A DNA stretch of 64,000 bases from assembly GCA_965153355.1 (NCBI GenBank), contig OZ231126.1, forward strand, positions 23,064,001 through 23,128,000, read 5' to 3'. Made by a program: the position numbers and the translations under genes. Of this stretch, positions 1 to 15,520 are shown piece by piece. The notes below the pieces were generated by a model. The model saw only the letters and a list, made by a program, of their open reading frames with translations, searched no databases and was not told where the DNA came from. The stretch comes from Flaccisagitta enflata. Taxonomy: Eukaryota. Each line of letters starts with the position of its first letter. Position 1 is the first letter of the stretch.

Positions 1-180
1 CCACAAGGGAGTGAGTGAAGTGAGTGAGCGAGCCCATGAACGGAGCGAGCAAGTGAAGCGAGCGTAGCAAAGCGGAGCGCTGCGGAGTGAGTAAGCAGAG
101 TGAGCGGTGCGAGCGAACGAATGTAGCGAGCGACCGAGTGGCCCGTTAAAAACGCGATCGTCTTTGACTAGAAACGCCCC
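1..180. repeat. End of an interspersed repeat rich in GAGCGA/GAGTGA motifs; truncates the transposase relic
   Basis: Degenerate gagcgagcga/gagtgagt repeats; transposase similarity stops abruptly at 181. Confidence 0.5.
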
Positions 181-451
181 CTCAGTGCTATAATTTGAAA
201 TCGGCAGATCGTGAGCAAACTTATGAAATCTTTGGTAGGCTGCATTGTTTGACCAAGTAGGAACTGGCTTGCTCAACCAGTCGGTTTCGATTTGGAGGGC
301 AACAAAAAAGTGCCACGACTGTGGTTCCAATCTTGAAACTAAAGTGGTCGATTCAGTTAGTGCATCCATCGTCACCGGTCCCATGCGTAATCCATCTTTG
401 GGAATAGCTTGGATTGCCTTTTAATTACAAAAATTGGATAGCGATGCTAAG

Positions 452-742
<291 letters not shown>

Positions 743-932
743 CAGACGGACAGGCAAATAGACAAAATCTACAGGATGAACATAAATTTAGCCTCACCTG
801 AGCTAGCTGTGCACATTCATAGTCACTGATGAGTGTTGAGGCTATTGCCAACGGGGTCATCTCTTGGCAAGTATACCACAGATGATTTTGAAGTTTGGCA
901 ATGAAGGCGTCGACAAGTTTCGTTGAAAATAA

Positions 933-1445
933 AACAAGGTCAACAAACCTTAGTCGCGTGGTAATAAGGGTAATAAAGGTAATTAAGGTAATTAAGGTAA
1001 TTAAGGTAATTTAGGTAATAAAGATAATGAAGATAACTTAGTAGCTATATCTTCCTATAATTACCCACATTTACCTACAACTACCTGTAAATACCTATAA
1101 TTACCTACAATTACATTAAATTACCATAGATTATCTATAATCACCTATAATTACCCATTATTTCCTATATTTCCTACAATTACCTCAATTTATAGTCTGA
1201 GACAACTTTTCTGACTTATATGATACAGATTACTAAAATACCTATACTTACCTATAATTACCTAAAATTACCTAAAATTACCTATAATTACCAAAAATTA
1301 CCTATAGTTACCTTTATTAACCTTCAATAACCTTAAAAACGACTATAAAGCCTATATTTCAAAAAAGTTACGGACCGACCCACCAACAGACCGACAGACC
1401 GACCGACCGACATAGCGGCTTCTAGAGTCGCGTTCACGCGACTAA
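933..1445 (-). mobile_element. HINE/DINE-1-like element (family A) inserted in a transposase exon
   Basis: Terminal palindrome agtcgcgt-tc-acgcgact (1426-1443), (GACC)n microsatellite, internal ttacctataa and ggtaattaa arrays, subterminal agtcgcgtg (952-960) and aacaagg end. Inserted in an A/T run with no TSD. Confidence 0.8.
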
Positions 1446-1702
1446 AAAAGAATTATCAGGTCTTTGTACAAGGAAAGTTGCCGTATCTCAGCATCAGCTC
1501 CACATGTCATGAGAAACCAAAACTTGACCAACGTGAGGGAAACAACGATGCTAATCCCTTCTAACGCTGTAAATATCATTGATCAGGATTTTGATTTGAT
1601 TTTACAAAGCTGGATAATTGTATCACCAGGGGATGAGCAAAGTGAGCGAACCCGTGATTGGAGCATTGAATTCTTTGCTTTCACGCTGATCGTTCCGATA
1701 CT

Positions 1703-1868
1703 TCACTAGGTTCTTGTGTTAAGGAAATATTGGGGCCAAATTAGTCATGGGTCATACACATTTAAAACAGCGTTGGCATGGAGATGATACGATATACGAA
1801 TATACGAAATACGAATTTAAGAAATTCATGCATGAGCATCAAAGACCTGATGCATAGCGAACCATTTT
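1703..1868. repeat. Probable interspersed-repeat fragment in place of the central transposase region
   Basis: Non-coding segment between two collinear transposase pieces; no second copy in the window. Confidence 0.35.
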
Positions 1869-2437
1869 TTTATGTCATTTTTGATCCCATCGATTTTCTT
1901 TGTTTTGCAACCGGCTTTTCCCAGCATGTGACGACAGATTTCGCGGTGGCATGAATGGCGTCCGTCGAGTTTTTGCTCAACTCTTTGAGATGGTAAAAAA
2001 AGTGACAAAAAATCAACAACTTTGTTGGAAGTTTCGCTCCCAAAATCTCATTAACAGGCCGTTTTCCAAAATAGGGAATTTCTGACGCGCTTCTCAAACT
2101 CATCTTTCCAGGAGCAGATGCAGATCAGTAAATGTGGCACATTCATTCCAAATGCTTTAAATGAATACATTCATGAGTACACGACCATACACATACAGAA
2201 CCATTATTCTAAGCTGTTGTTTAATCACATGCACAAGACCGTTATGCTGGTCGGTTGGTCCGTCGGTGACACTTGGCTTTTGTGTGTAAGTGTTTTTGTT
2301 TTACATGTGTAAAAACATGTGCGTGCGTGCGTGCGTGCGTGTGCGTGTGTGTGTATGTGTGTGTGTGTGTGCGTGTGTGTGTGTGTGCGTAGAGTGCTCA
2401 CCCGCATCCACGTTTCGGAAGCTACAACGTGACTGAG

Positions 2438-2985
2438 TTGCATGGGTGAAATCCATTTTTAATGAAAACTTACATCAACTTAGGGAGATCGCTGCTTCAA
2501 TACAAATTGAGCTGACGACCTCAACTTCGGCTTGTTTTAAAGACCTTCGTCTGTTCTTCAAAATGAGCCCAAGTTGATGTCATTAGCTCAATTTGCTTAG
2601 ATAATATAAGCTTGCAAAGCTGCATGAGTGAAATCCATATTTTGCTCAAACTTACATCCACTTTGGAGCAATGCTGCGTCTAAACGAATTGAGCTAATGA
2701 CCTCAACTTGGGCTCATTTTAAAGAGCTGCGTCTGTTCTTTAAAATGAGCCCAAGTTGAGGTCATTAGCTCAATTTGTTTAGATGATATAAACTTGCAAA
2801 GTTGCATGAGTGAAATCCAGTTTTTGCTCAAACTTACATCCACTTTGGAGCAATGTTGCGTCTAAACGAATTGAGCTACTGACCTCAATTTGAGCTCATT
2901 TTAAAGAGCTGCGTCTATTCTTTAAAATGAGCCCAAGTTGAAGTCATTAGCTCAATTCGTTTAGAAAATATGAGCTAACAAAGAT
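2438..2985. repeat. Three tandem 182-bp units, each with a ~47-bp-arm hairpin
   Basis: gcatg(a/g)gtgaaatcc at 2440, 2622 and 2804. Unit-2 arms 2679-2725 and 2737-2783 pair with one mismatch. Confidence 0.92.
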
Positions 2986-3364
2986 AGGGGTGTCTGACCA
3001 ATGTATTCTCCGTTTTTCCCTCATTTTCTTTTAACTACCGCTGCTCCAATTTGAACGCCCGTGACTTTCTGAGGCCTGTTTACTCTTTTTTAGTTATATT
3101 GGAAAGGAAAAAGCGCCGGGTGGGGCTACTCAAGTCATTTTCTGCGCATTCCATGAGCGCTACTGTATATATTCACTGTTTTTGTTGCTGCTTTGCGGCT
3201 CGCGTTCTGTCTCTTCTTCTGTCAGTCTCTTCAACTCTCCAAATGTCTTTTTGCAGATCTTCATGTCTGACCGGTAAACCTCTTGTAAACTGTGTCATAA
3301 TGTGTCTGTCTGTATCTGTCTGTCTGTCAGTCTGTCTGTCTGTCTCTGACTGTCTGTCTGTTTT

Positions 3365-3462
<98 letters not shown>

Positions 3463-4162
3463 TACGCGAGATGGGGCGGAAATTGTGTTGCGAGAAGAAG
3501 AGGAAATGTGTGTCATGGGTTAAAAGTGTGTTTGAAGTTGGATGAAGGGGAAAAGAACGAAATGGTCAAAAACGTCGCCTCGTTTCAATGGAAAAGGGGA
3601 GGCACTGCACCGGTTCGGAAAAACGTTACAAGAAGCAATGTCACTTTAGGATACTCAGTAAGAGAAAGTCGTTTTCTGCATCAGCTGAATCGTGGCTTGT
3701 TTCGTAGTCTTACAAATGATGAAAGTTGAGTTAACTTTCATGTGAAAAGTGAATGCCGGAATGCCTCAATTTGCGGAAAACGGAACATGTACAAAACAGG
3801 CTCAAGTGGAATCACCCGAAAAAGGTTAAAAGTACCAGTTACTTTCTCTTTCTCTCTCTTTCTCTCTCTCTCTCTTTCTCTCTCTCACTTTGTGCGAAGT
3901 GGTCATACGATGACCGTGGAGAAGACCAAGAGGCCGCTCTGGAAACTCTTTCCCGCTCTCGCTAACATCCGCGGAAATGGTACTTGAGCATCGGTAAGTG
4001 GAGCGTTATATATTTTTTTCTTTCTTGGGAGTTGCAACGGTCTTAGACAGAGAAATAAAAAGCATTTGGTTCGGTTAAAAGGTAAGAAATAAAAGGCAGT
4101 TAGCCCAGGAAAAAAAAACCCTTATTTCCACTTACCGCCTTTTATTTCCATTCCCTCTTTTC

Positions 4163-4313
<151 letters not shown>

Positions 4314-4410
4314 TTACAGGCTGAGAGTCACCAAATCGAAAAGGCGACAGATTAAAGGCGCGCGCCAGAGTTGAGAACGCAATTGCGGCTTTCAATGCGA
4401 CTTTCAATGC

Positions 4411-4660
4411 GGCCTCCCTTTGCGCTCATTGTTGCGGCCTCCATACAACCTCCCTTTGTGCTCCTCATTTTGGCCTCCGTACAGCATCCAACTGTACTCC
4501 TCATCTTGGCAACCATACAGCCTCCCTTTGCACTCTTCATTGTGGCCTCCACATGGCCTCCCTTTGCGCTTCTCATGATGGCCTCTATGCGGCCTCCCTC
4601 TGGTGCGCTCCTCAACGTGGCCTCCATACAGCCTCCCCTTGTGCTCCTCATTGTGGCCTC
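4411..4660. repeat. 36-bp minisatellite, about 7 diverged units
   Basis: Unit approximates cctccctttgtgctcctcattgtggcctccatacag. Confidence 0.85.
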
Positions 4661-5989
4661 TCGTTGCTTCTTCCTATCGCGGCCACCTAACAATATTATC
4701 ATTGAAATCCTTTTTTTTTCAGTTTCAGAATTCATAAGACATTTCATTTTGACCCCAAAACTGCCTCCATTTCTTTGACATTTTGACTGCATCAACTGGC
4801 AAAGCCCACTTAAAAATACTCCTCACGTTAAACTCACTTTTTTCAAATGCTTCATTTAAGATTTAGACATGTTTAGCCTAACTTTTAAGTTTAATGAAAA
4901 AAGTCCGTTGTAGTCGTTTAGTACAGCAAAGCAACACAGCACACCCGTGAACTAAGGATTGCCAGGTTTGAAGACCATTCCAATTCTCTTTCTGTCTTTG
5001 TCTTTCCCTGTATCTATCTCCGTTTCCTTCTTACTCTCTCTTTTTCAATTTTTTTCCCTCTTCTTTTTTTGGCTCCGGACTAAATCTCATTTTGGGGAAA
5101 GATTAACTTGACAGTTTTATTTATTTTACGCCCTTTAGAAGTGATCTGCATTCCATTGATTACAGCACAATTGCCTTTTTTTCGTCCTACCCCTATTTTT
5201 CATCATAAAACCTATCATTCTTTAGCATCATTAGCGTTAACTTTCAAATTTACCGCTTGTAGTGTCAAGAATGTTTGATTATCTTGTACATGTAATTATC
5301 GACAGAAACGTACATGCAATCAACAAAGCTGAATATTGTGTTAAAATTTGAAAATAAGAGTTTCTCGCATGATCGTAGAAATGAATGAGCACTACTAACA
5401 TCGCACGTTATTTAGCGGCTCCCTCTTTCGATTTCTTTTTTCCTCTTTCTCATTGTTGATTCTCATCCCACGCTTACACCTTTTCAACATAACTCTTCCA
5501 CTTCCAACACACCACAACAACTTTCCTTCAATACACTTTTTAACTTTTTCTCAAAGTCACCTCGACTCCACCACCTCCTCTTTCCAAACACTCCAAAACG
5601 CCACCGTTCTATAACATCCCGTTTATTCAGCCGACACTCATAGAAACAGCACTCCAATTGTCACCATCAGCACCACCTCCATTGCCAATTGACTATGGCT
5701 ATAACCACTACCATCACTACCACCAGATCCACCATTTCTAAACATTTCTTTTATTATTACTAGGTTGAAGCTCATGGAACCAACACAAACAACTACCATG
5801 ACCACTTCCGTTAACACCACCCCCACCACCACCACCACCACTACAACCACCACAGCCACGACCATTACCACTACCACCATTCCTTGACACCTCTTTTACT
5901 CAGTCAACACTCGTGGGTCCTCGTTAAATTCTTTTATGGCGTCATTGCCTAAGATGTGAAAATGCAATTGCAAGCGCTCTCTGACTCTC

Positions 5990-6099
<110 letters not shown>

Positions 6100-6878
6100 A
6101 ACATTCCGTTGTTCACACACACTCACACCTTTACAAGACGGTGGCACAGTGGATAGACCAATTTCTCTTCCGTTTTCTCTATTTTTTTTTATCTTTTCTT
6201 ATTTTCTCACCCATTGAAGGTCCATGCGTGCAGCGAGTCTTCATATGGGTAAGTATCACCGATGTATCGATGTATCGTTTGCTCTTTGCTGTGCAGTAAC
6301 TGGTTTTACATTCCAGACGGAAGTAGTGTAGCTTTTATGTGCATGTAGATGACTTTGCAGGTGTTTAGCAATGTTTGATGTTCAGACTAGGGAACTAGGG
6401 TTCATAGAATTTTCATTTTCATCGGGGCATGGCAGCTCATATGCTGGCATGTGTCCGTATTCTGCTCGCGACTCTGTTTCATGTGTTGAATAACGCTCGA
6501 AGCGTGCAAAGTTCACTTTTGTTGTGACCGGAAACGGAAAAACGGAAAACGGAAAACCGAAGAGGATGTCGAAAGTGAACGCCAAAGGAATTGAAAGTAC
6601 TGAAAAAAAGACCGAGGAAACGACTTTTTTTCATGGCTAGCCAAGGACAGGTAAATTTTTCGGGAGTTGGGCAGTAGAGGTTTTCATGATGTGCAGCTGA
6701 ATCGAATGACAAACACACAGAAACATAAAAACGATGAAACAGACTAGTGGATGGACAGATGGACGGTGGAGTTATCCAGATAAATTCCCGTGAGAAGACA
6801 GGAGACTTCATGTTGCCACTCTCGTCATAACTCTTTGTTTATCATAATGAATATACATAAATATATCGGCAAAGACAC

Positions 6879-6936
<58 letters not shown>

Positions 6937-7349
6937 ATAGAGCGCGACGGACGGCAGAAAAATAGATAAAGCAAAGCAACGATTGACCTACTTTTACCAT
7001 CTCTTCTCCTTGCTTTCCTCCTGTCAAGAATATCCCCGTGCGCCGAAGCGCAATTAATGTAAATCACCATGTACAGCCATTTCCGTAGTCCACATCATCT
7101 ATTTCCTTAACTCATATCGCAAATGGAGAATACGTCATAAAAATAGGAGACCGCCGCGCCGCGCCCTGATGGTGATTGTGACAGAAAGAGGGGGACGATG
7201 AACGGACAGACAGATAAACAGAAACATAAAACGACAACCGGCAAATACCGACAGACCGACAAAAACGACTATCATCCGCAAAGGGGCAATTTTGTGACTC
7301 ATCCTCGGTCAAAATAATCGACCGATGAATTTCTTTCTATCATTCATTA

Positions 7350-7719
<370 letters not shown>

Positions 7720-8550
7720 GACTTCCGAATGACCTAGACTAAGTTGTCTCGTTTCTCATCCGTCGTTACACTTGGATGACAATGTCAACAAAAGTGGAAA
7801 AATGTTTACAATTTATGTCCAAGTTAATTATCTATACCAATGCGCGTCGAGCCAACACGATCCGACACGAACTATTTTGCTGTTGTTTCTTCTTTGTTTT
7901 CTTTGCAAAACACTGACTCAATGTCCCTGATTGGCCCTCTTATCAACGTGCATTAGTGCTTGTAAAAATTCAGTAATAACTCGTTGATGATCGCAGACAA
8001 GTCAAAAGTTATTTTTACTTTCTAGGAGACAACTTGCTTCTCTGTTCGTTTGAATTTACTCGTGCCAAGGAAAACGTAGAAAATCGAAAAACTTGAAGGT
8101 GGAGGAAAGTGAACGAGAAAAAAAGAGAGGAAGAAAAAAGAAAGAGAAAAAAAAAAGAAGAAAAGAAAAGAAAGGAAAAGAGAGAAAACGAGGAAACGAG
8201 TGAGGCAGATCATAAAGAAAGGGAAATGACCAGAAAACGAAACGGTTATTTGTTTCCATCACATTTCCATGGAAACTAAGGCAAGCGCCGGGAAAATGGT
8301 GGTGGCAGCAGCAACAGTTACGGTTGCGACAGTGGCGGCAACGGTTACAGCAGTGGCAATTGCGGCGACAGTGGTAGCATCAGTTACGGTGGCAGCAACG
8401 GCGGTGGCGAGAGTGGCGACGACAGTTACAGCAGAGGCAGCAGCGACAACAGTGGTGGCAGCGGTTAAGGTGATTGGGGGTAGTTAGGGGTGGTAAATGT
8501 TGAAAAAGGTAATTCTCCTTGATAGGTGGTCATTTTAGGCCAGTGTGTGA

Positions 8551-9085
8551 TAGTGGTAGACCGAAGGGGGGTAAGCCGAAGCCGAAGCCGAAGCCGAAGA
8601 TAACAATTTACTTCAGCCGAAGCCGAATCCGAAGATTGCCGAAGTCGATTTCCGAAGTCCGAAGTTTTTATCTTTGTTGTTTAAAAATTTAAACTTTAGC
8701 AATAAAAAAAAATTGAAAACCTGTAAATCTTTTAAGTTTTTGCAATATAATATTGATTATTTATTGAATTTAATATACATTATCATGTTATCATAAAGTA
8801 GTAAAAAAAATTTGGTTACAAATGAATTATTATTCTAATCAATTTATCAAAATAGGAAAAGATTTTATCTAAATCTATCAAAATTAAACTTAAACTTGAT
8901 TGACATATATTAATAAAAAAAAAACAATTTATTGAATTTTAGCATTTTGATTTAATTATCAATTTCTAAATCATTATTTTTTTTAATTTCAGCTTCAACT
9001 TTGACCATCTTCGGCTTCAACTTCAGCTTCGGTTTTGACTTTCTTCGACTTCGACTTTGGATAACCTACTTTGGGACAACCACTA
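8551..9085. mobile_element. Degenerate MITE with TAGTG termini and subterminal CCGAAG/CTTCGG repeats (hAT-like)
   Basis: Left end tagtggtagaccgaag with gccgaa repeats; right end has inverted cttcgg/cttcag repeats and ends ttgggacaaccacta; AT-rich core. No TSD recognisable. Confidence 0.6.
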
Positions 9086-9566
9086 CTTTTTTTAAAGATT
9101 TAACTCTACTGAGGCCCATAACTACTTATAACTCCACTGATTATCAAGCGTCAACCTACGGTACACCAATGATTTTTTACCTCTACTTTTTACCACTTTT
9201 TATATATGCATGCATTCATGAAACTTTACACTAACACAACATGGTTTACACCCATGCTTCTAACATAGATTTTTAGTTTTGTTGTCATTAGCAGTCTCTC
9301 ATTACTAATTACAGATAAATGCTACAGAAAAGCCAAATCATTGAGAAAAAAAAATGCAAAATCGCCTTAATGGTGCCACTTGTATTATATATATACTATA
9401 ATTTGCAACCCATTATAAACAACCTATTACTGTATTTTGTACTGTAAGGGGGTCGCTACAGTTTTAGGGGGTTCACACCTTGTATTAACCCTTCCTCTGT
9501 AGATGATATAGACTTTAAATAAAACGCTCATACAGCTACAGGTTGCAATGTAATCGTGGGACAGTT

Positions 9567-9612
<46 letters not shown>

Positions 9613-10546
9613 AGTTATTCTAACTTTTTCTGCTATGCTTCAAGCTTTGATAAAATTTGTGCGATGGACTGATTCAAGGTAAAATAACATATGCGTTTGA
9701 AAAAAAATGATAAGCGAATGCCGTCATAGTGACTTGGAGGGATGAACTGAATATTTTTTTTCTTTGAATTTGATGTCCATGGAAGATGCACTCATCATAT
9801 TTTGGTAGGAGAGAGAAAATGAAAATGACACCTGTTTTGATGATGATTTGAATTCACATTCAAAAGAAAAAAAAACCAAAAAACAAAAGATCGAACATCG
9901 GTTTATGACTTCGGTCGTCGGTTTCCCGATGGTGAGTCACGTCACCGGCGTCAATTCCGGTGTTGGAGCATGGCGCCTGTCAGTAGACCGACGCCGATGC
10001 CGGATCTTCGACTTTCACTAGTGTGTGAGTGACTAGGGGTGGTTAGGAGTGTTGAATGTAGAGATGGGTCATTCTGCGTGATAGGTAGCCAGTATGTAGC
10101 GGCAGCGAGTGGTAGGGCAATGGCAATGGCAAAAGTGGCAAGAGTGGCCATGGGATTGGTGGAAGCAAAAGTAGTGAGAGCGATGGAGGAGATGGTAGCT
10201 CTGTAGCAGTGGTTGTGGCGGCGACAAAGTAGTTCTTGAAGAAATGTTTTCCTGTGGAGGGATAAAATGAAGTTGCTTATGACAATGTAATTCTGCGTCG
10301 GTAGCAACTGAAATGAATACGTGCACATCATTCCGCTGGGTGTGCCATAAGTCCGGGTTTCAGCCTCCGGGTCTTTGTTTAGATTTGTCAAAAAGAATCA
10401 TGCGTATGCAATTACTTTTAAAATTGAGCTGTTGATTTTTACGTACTTGATACACGCGCCCTCTTTCCCTCTTCTTTTTAAAACCGGACTATGAAACGTG
10501 GCTCTCTCTCTCTCTTTCTCCTCTGTTTTTACTTCTTCTTTCCTTT

Positions 10547-10884
10547 TTAAGTGCGTTCTCGCACTTTTATTTAAGGTCATATCCGTCGGTCGGTCGGTCG
10601 GTCAGTCACGAAGCTTTACCACATTCATTTTCATTCTGTTGGTCATTCATTTATTCATTTATTCATTCATTCATTCATCCATTCATCCATTCATCCATTC
10701 ATTCATTCATCCATTCATTCATTCATCCATTCATTCATTCATTCATTCATTCATTCATTCATTCATTCATTCATTCATTCATTCATTCATTCATTCATTC
10801 ATACATTCATTCATTCAGTCAAAACGATCATTCACAAATTCTTAACCAGCGAGGAGTACTTAATGCCCATAGCTGGGCCTGGTT
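10547..10884 (+). mobile_element. HINE-like element (family A, aagtgcg subfamily) with expanded (ATTC)n
   Basis: aagtgcg-ttct-cgcactt palindrome, (GTCG)n, (ATTC)n and a degenerate 3' end; collinear with 38145-38409. Confidence 0.75.
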
Positions 10885-11123
10885 AAATCTAGCCTCAGCG
10901 GATACTCAGGAATGATTCGCATTCAGCGGCATTCTCTTTCAGAAAGTTGCTGTTTCGCTTAGCTGTCCTCGTGAAATCTCAGAGCGGAGGACACAGATAC
11001 GATAAGAGAGAGAGAGAGAGAAATCTATCGATTCTGTGCTGATTTATGCAATGGCGGTCTCTCTAAAGCAGAGAGTTTGGGACTGAATCACTCGCAAACC
11101 GAAACTGATGAATGAGAAAGAAA

Positions 11124-11184
<61 letters not shown>

Positions 11185-11448
11185 GTTTGTGCGGCTGGGA
11201 TTGATCTCAGTTTGAAAAATGGTTGGTGTTACTCGGCGTGAAGAGTAAATCGAGCCGACTCCATCAATAAACCATGAATCAAAGTGGGTATATCCTCAAA
11301 CTGGGGCAAATGGTTCTTGGGTGAGTCGGATAGGAGTTTACGAGTGCGTATCATTGCCCCGAATTCTGTGCCCTGAGATGTACCCTTTTTGCCTTTTTAG
11401 TGATGTCCAGAATTCTGGGCCCCAAGAAAATGCATTATCACATTTTCC

Positions 11449-11552
<104 letters not shown>

Positions 11553-12132
11553 ATGAGAGAAACGAGGCCTAGACACATAACTTCCCCAATTGCGTGCAGG
11601 TGGATAAGAGATCACTAGACCATAAAAAAACTTAGTTTAAGGATGGAAGCGTTTTTTTACTACTTCATTTAAACTTATGCTCACTATTAGAACAGCATTG
11701 GTATGGAAGCTTTTTTCCACGAAACATTTGTAATTGTAAAAGTCAATTATTAGGAAAAGAATCAATAGCCTTCAGTGGCTTTTACAGAAAAAAAAAAAAT
11801 TTAGTTTTAAGATGGAAGCTCATGCTTATGCTTATTACTAGATGAAAAGTGACAGAGAAGCTTTTTTTTAGTACAAACACTTGCAAAATATAAAAGTCAA
11901 TAATAAGGACAAGAATCAACAGTCAATCTTTTTTAGCGACTTTAAAGAGAAAAGAATTAGTTTTGGAGTGGAAGCCTTTTTCTACTACTTCACTCCAGCT
12001 CATCAGCTTTGTAAAACCAAAGATTTGATGAAGAAGCAAATCTACTATTCAGTTGTTATAAATAGTAACAGTTTGCTATGTCAAAGTTAAATGAGGCTGG
12101 ATACACAGCACCCCAACTGTTGACAGTTGGGC

Positions 12133-12186
<54 letters not shown>

Positions 12187-13398
12187 GGAGTAAAAGAATA
12201 TGGTGTCTCGGGGAACAGAATTCTGGGCCCTGAGATTTTGGGATTTTTGGGGGCCCTGAGACTTTGTACCCTCGGGGCCCCGCGTCGCGCCCGGAGTGTA
12301 CTTGTATTTGGAAGGGGGTGTTGGGTCACACTCGACTGATTCGCGAAGTGAAATCCTAGGCTTAAATCCATCCTTAAATGGATATCCCTTGATTTAGAGC
12401 TTACATATAAGAATTAGTCATAGCGACAAGCAACTTAAAAGCTAAAATCGATAGATTTCAACTCAAGGATTTTCATTCCAAAGAAATGCTACTTCGCGAT
12501 TTACAATTAAACAAAGTAAGTGTGGGGTGTGAAGGCAGCTGTTCGATTATCTTGTTTTGCTTTTTTTTTCTTTGAAAATATAGTTATTTTCAGCACCAAT
12601 CACCGATCTACTTCAATCTTTCATACATATTCAAAAGCCAAATATAGGTTTGTCTTCGTTTTCACAACTTTCGTAAAACATCAACATTTTTTGTTACTGA
12701 AGCTCGGTTAACGAAAGCTGAGGCTCTTCAATTCATCAAAGTTAGCGTTTGTAATTGTATTCAAAATCATAGGCTTATGAAATGTCAGTCATTAAAACGC
12801 CTTGCAGTGTATCATCTTAATCAATCTCTTGGTTCCTCTCTTCTTCCATGCATAACTCTTCCATTTTCGAGTTTCAAAACCGTCTTTTGCTACTTTGTGT
12901 GGGAGAGGACTCGATGGTCCTCTTAAACGCGGCTTAACGATTTAATCTATACACGATAATGTTGTTAATGTTGCGATGTCACTTTTATTGCCAATATTTC
13001 AAGCAGAATGAAGAGAAGATCAAAACGGGCGCGGAGATAAAGTTGCACTTGATTTGATTAACACACACAAACATCTGTGGGCTGGATTCAAGTTCACAAA
13101 GGCCCTCATTGAAGCACAAAATAATCACTCTGGGAATAGAAGCGAGAGAGAGAGAGAGAGAGAGAGAGAGGTAGAGACTCTAAAGAGACATACAGAGAAA
13201 CAGGCCGACAGACGTTTACAAACAACACAAGGAACGGGAAGTAGAACACGAGAAAAGTAATAAAATGGCTAAAAAAAGAAGAAAAAAAAAAAAGCGTTAC
13301 TGTCACTATTTTTCCTTGTTTTAGCAAACTCTTTTCATCACTCACTTTCTTGAAAATATTTATGGGAGGAGAGAAAACCAGAAAATGAGGTAAAGTGG

Positions 13399-13443
<45 letters not shown>

Positions 13444-13894
13444 CGAAAGGAAATATTATCTTGAAAGAAAGGAGAAAGAAAGGAAACATTGTGAGAATGA
13501 GAAAATGAGGAGAGAATGATGAAATATGGCGACAGTAACAGGCGTAAGACAGGCTTTGCGGAACAGTTATTTGCCGCTTTACTAGGGTTCATCTCGACTG
13601 GTAAAACATTTTATTTGAGCCCTCTTCCCAACTTAATGCAGAGCCAAAATATGTAATATCACCATTCTTTTAGGTACGATGCCGTATTTGCGTACTTTGC
13701 TTCTTTCTACGAGCGTTTTCGTAAAACCTTTTCAGCCTATCATAATTCTTTCAGTTGTTCACTGTTGATTCTTGGTAACGAGGTAGTATGGCGCATTTTG
13801 CTGTATTGGCTCCCATCACTGATGGGATAGAAACATCAATAGTAACTAACTCAAATTGAAAACAAAAAAAGGAATGCATCGGAATGAAAAAGGT

Positions 13895-14150
13895 AGAAGA
13901 AGAAGAAGAAGAAGAAGAAGAAGAAGAAGAAGAAGAAGAAGAAGAAGAAGAAGAAGAAGAAGAAGAAAAAGTAGGAGAAGAAGAAGATTCAGAAGAAGAT
14001 TCAGAAGAAGATTCAGAAGAAGATTCAGAAGAAGAAGAAGAAGAAGATTCAGAAGAAGAAGAAGAAGAAGAAAAAGAAGAAAAAGAAGAAAAAGAAGAAA
14101 AAGAAGAAGAAGTAGAAGAAGTAGAAGAAGAAGAACAAAAAGAAAAAGAA
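13895..14150. repeat. (GAA)n compound microsatellite
   Basis: Seen directly. Confidence 0.95.
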
Positions 14151-14343
14151 GGTGGAGAGATGAATGAGCGAATGATAGAAAAAAAGGAAGAAGAGAAAAT
14201 TTCAAAGTCGGCCGCCCGCCTCGCCAACGGTCGGGCTCGAAGCCCCTCAAAGGCGCATCTGGGTGTTCGATAGCTGAAAAACTTGAAAACGAAAACTGAA
14301 GAGATGATAATTTAATAGCGGACACAAAGTCAAAAAAAGAAAG

Positions 14344-14468
<125 letters not shown>

Positions 14469-14969
14469 TCATTCTTTCTCAAGGATTTAATTTTTGAAAA
14501 GGGTTCAAGAGTTAGGGAGTACATGGGAGATCATACTGATAAATCATAACTGATAAAGGTTTGGTACACCTGAAGGTCTGAATCTTGGTTGCGTTGATAA
14601 TAGTTTAAAATCAACCGTCCAACCGTCCAACCATCCGAAAAGTGGCTTGTAGAATCGTGTGCGAACATCGTTTCGTCCATTCTATCGGTACTATTTCTTT
14701 TTTTTTACCTATGACATGCGGACGAAAAGGATTGAAAATTGTCAAAATTGGATGCGCTATAGTGAAGTAAAACTGTAGTATTCGCCGTTAAATGAAAAAT
14801 CGTACTGGGGAAAAAATTAGATTAGCTAACATCGTAAATTCATTTCGTGTTTTGAGGCCAATGACAATGAAGACAAATTCTATATAAGCAATTATCGCAG
14901 AAGGATGTCACAAGTAAACTTTTAACATAAACGAAAGGGAAGAGCTTTGTGTGAGTTTGAGTTAAACTT

Positions 14970-15520
<551 letters not shown>

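Noticed and set aside
4352..4795. ORFs with 12-aa repeats on both strands
   Set aside because: Explained by a 36-bp minisatellite; no domain or splice support.
13884..14273. Poly-Glu ORF and overlapping poly-Arg/Ser/Leu ORFs
   Set aside because: Translation of a (GAA)n microsatellite, open in several frames.
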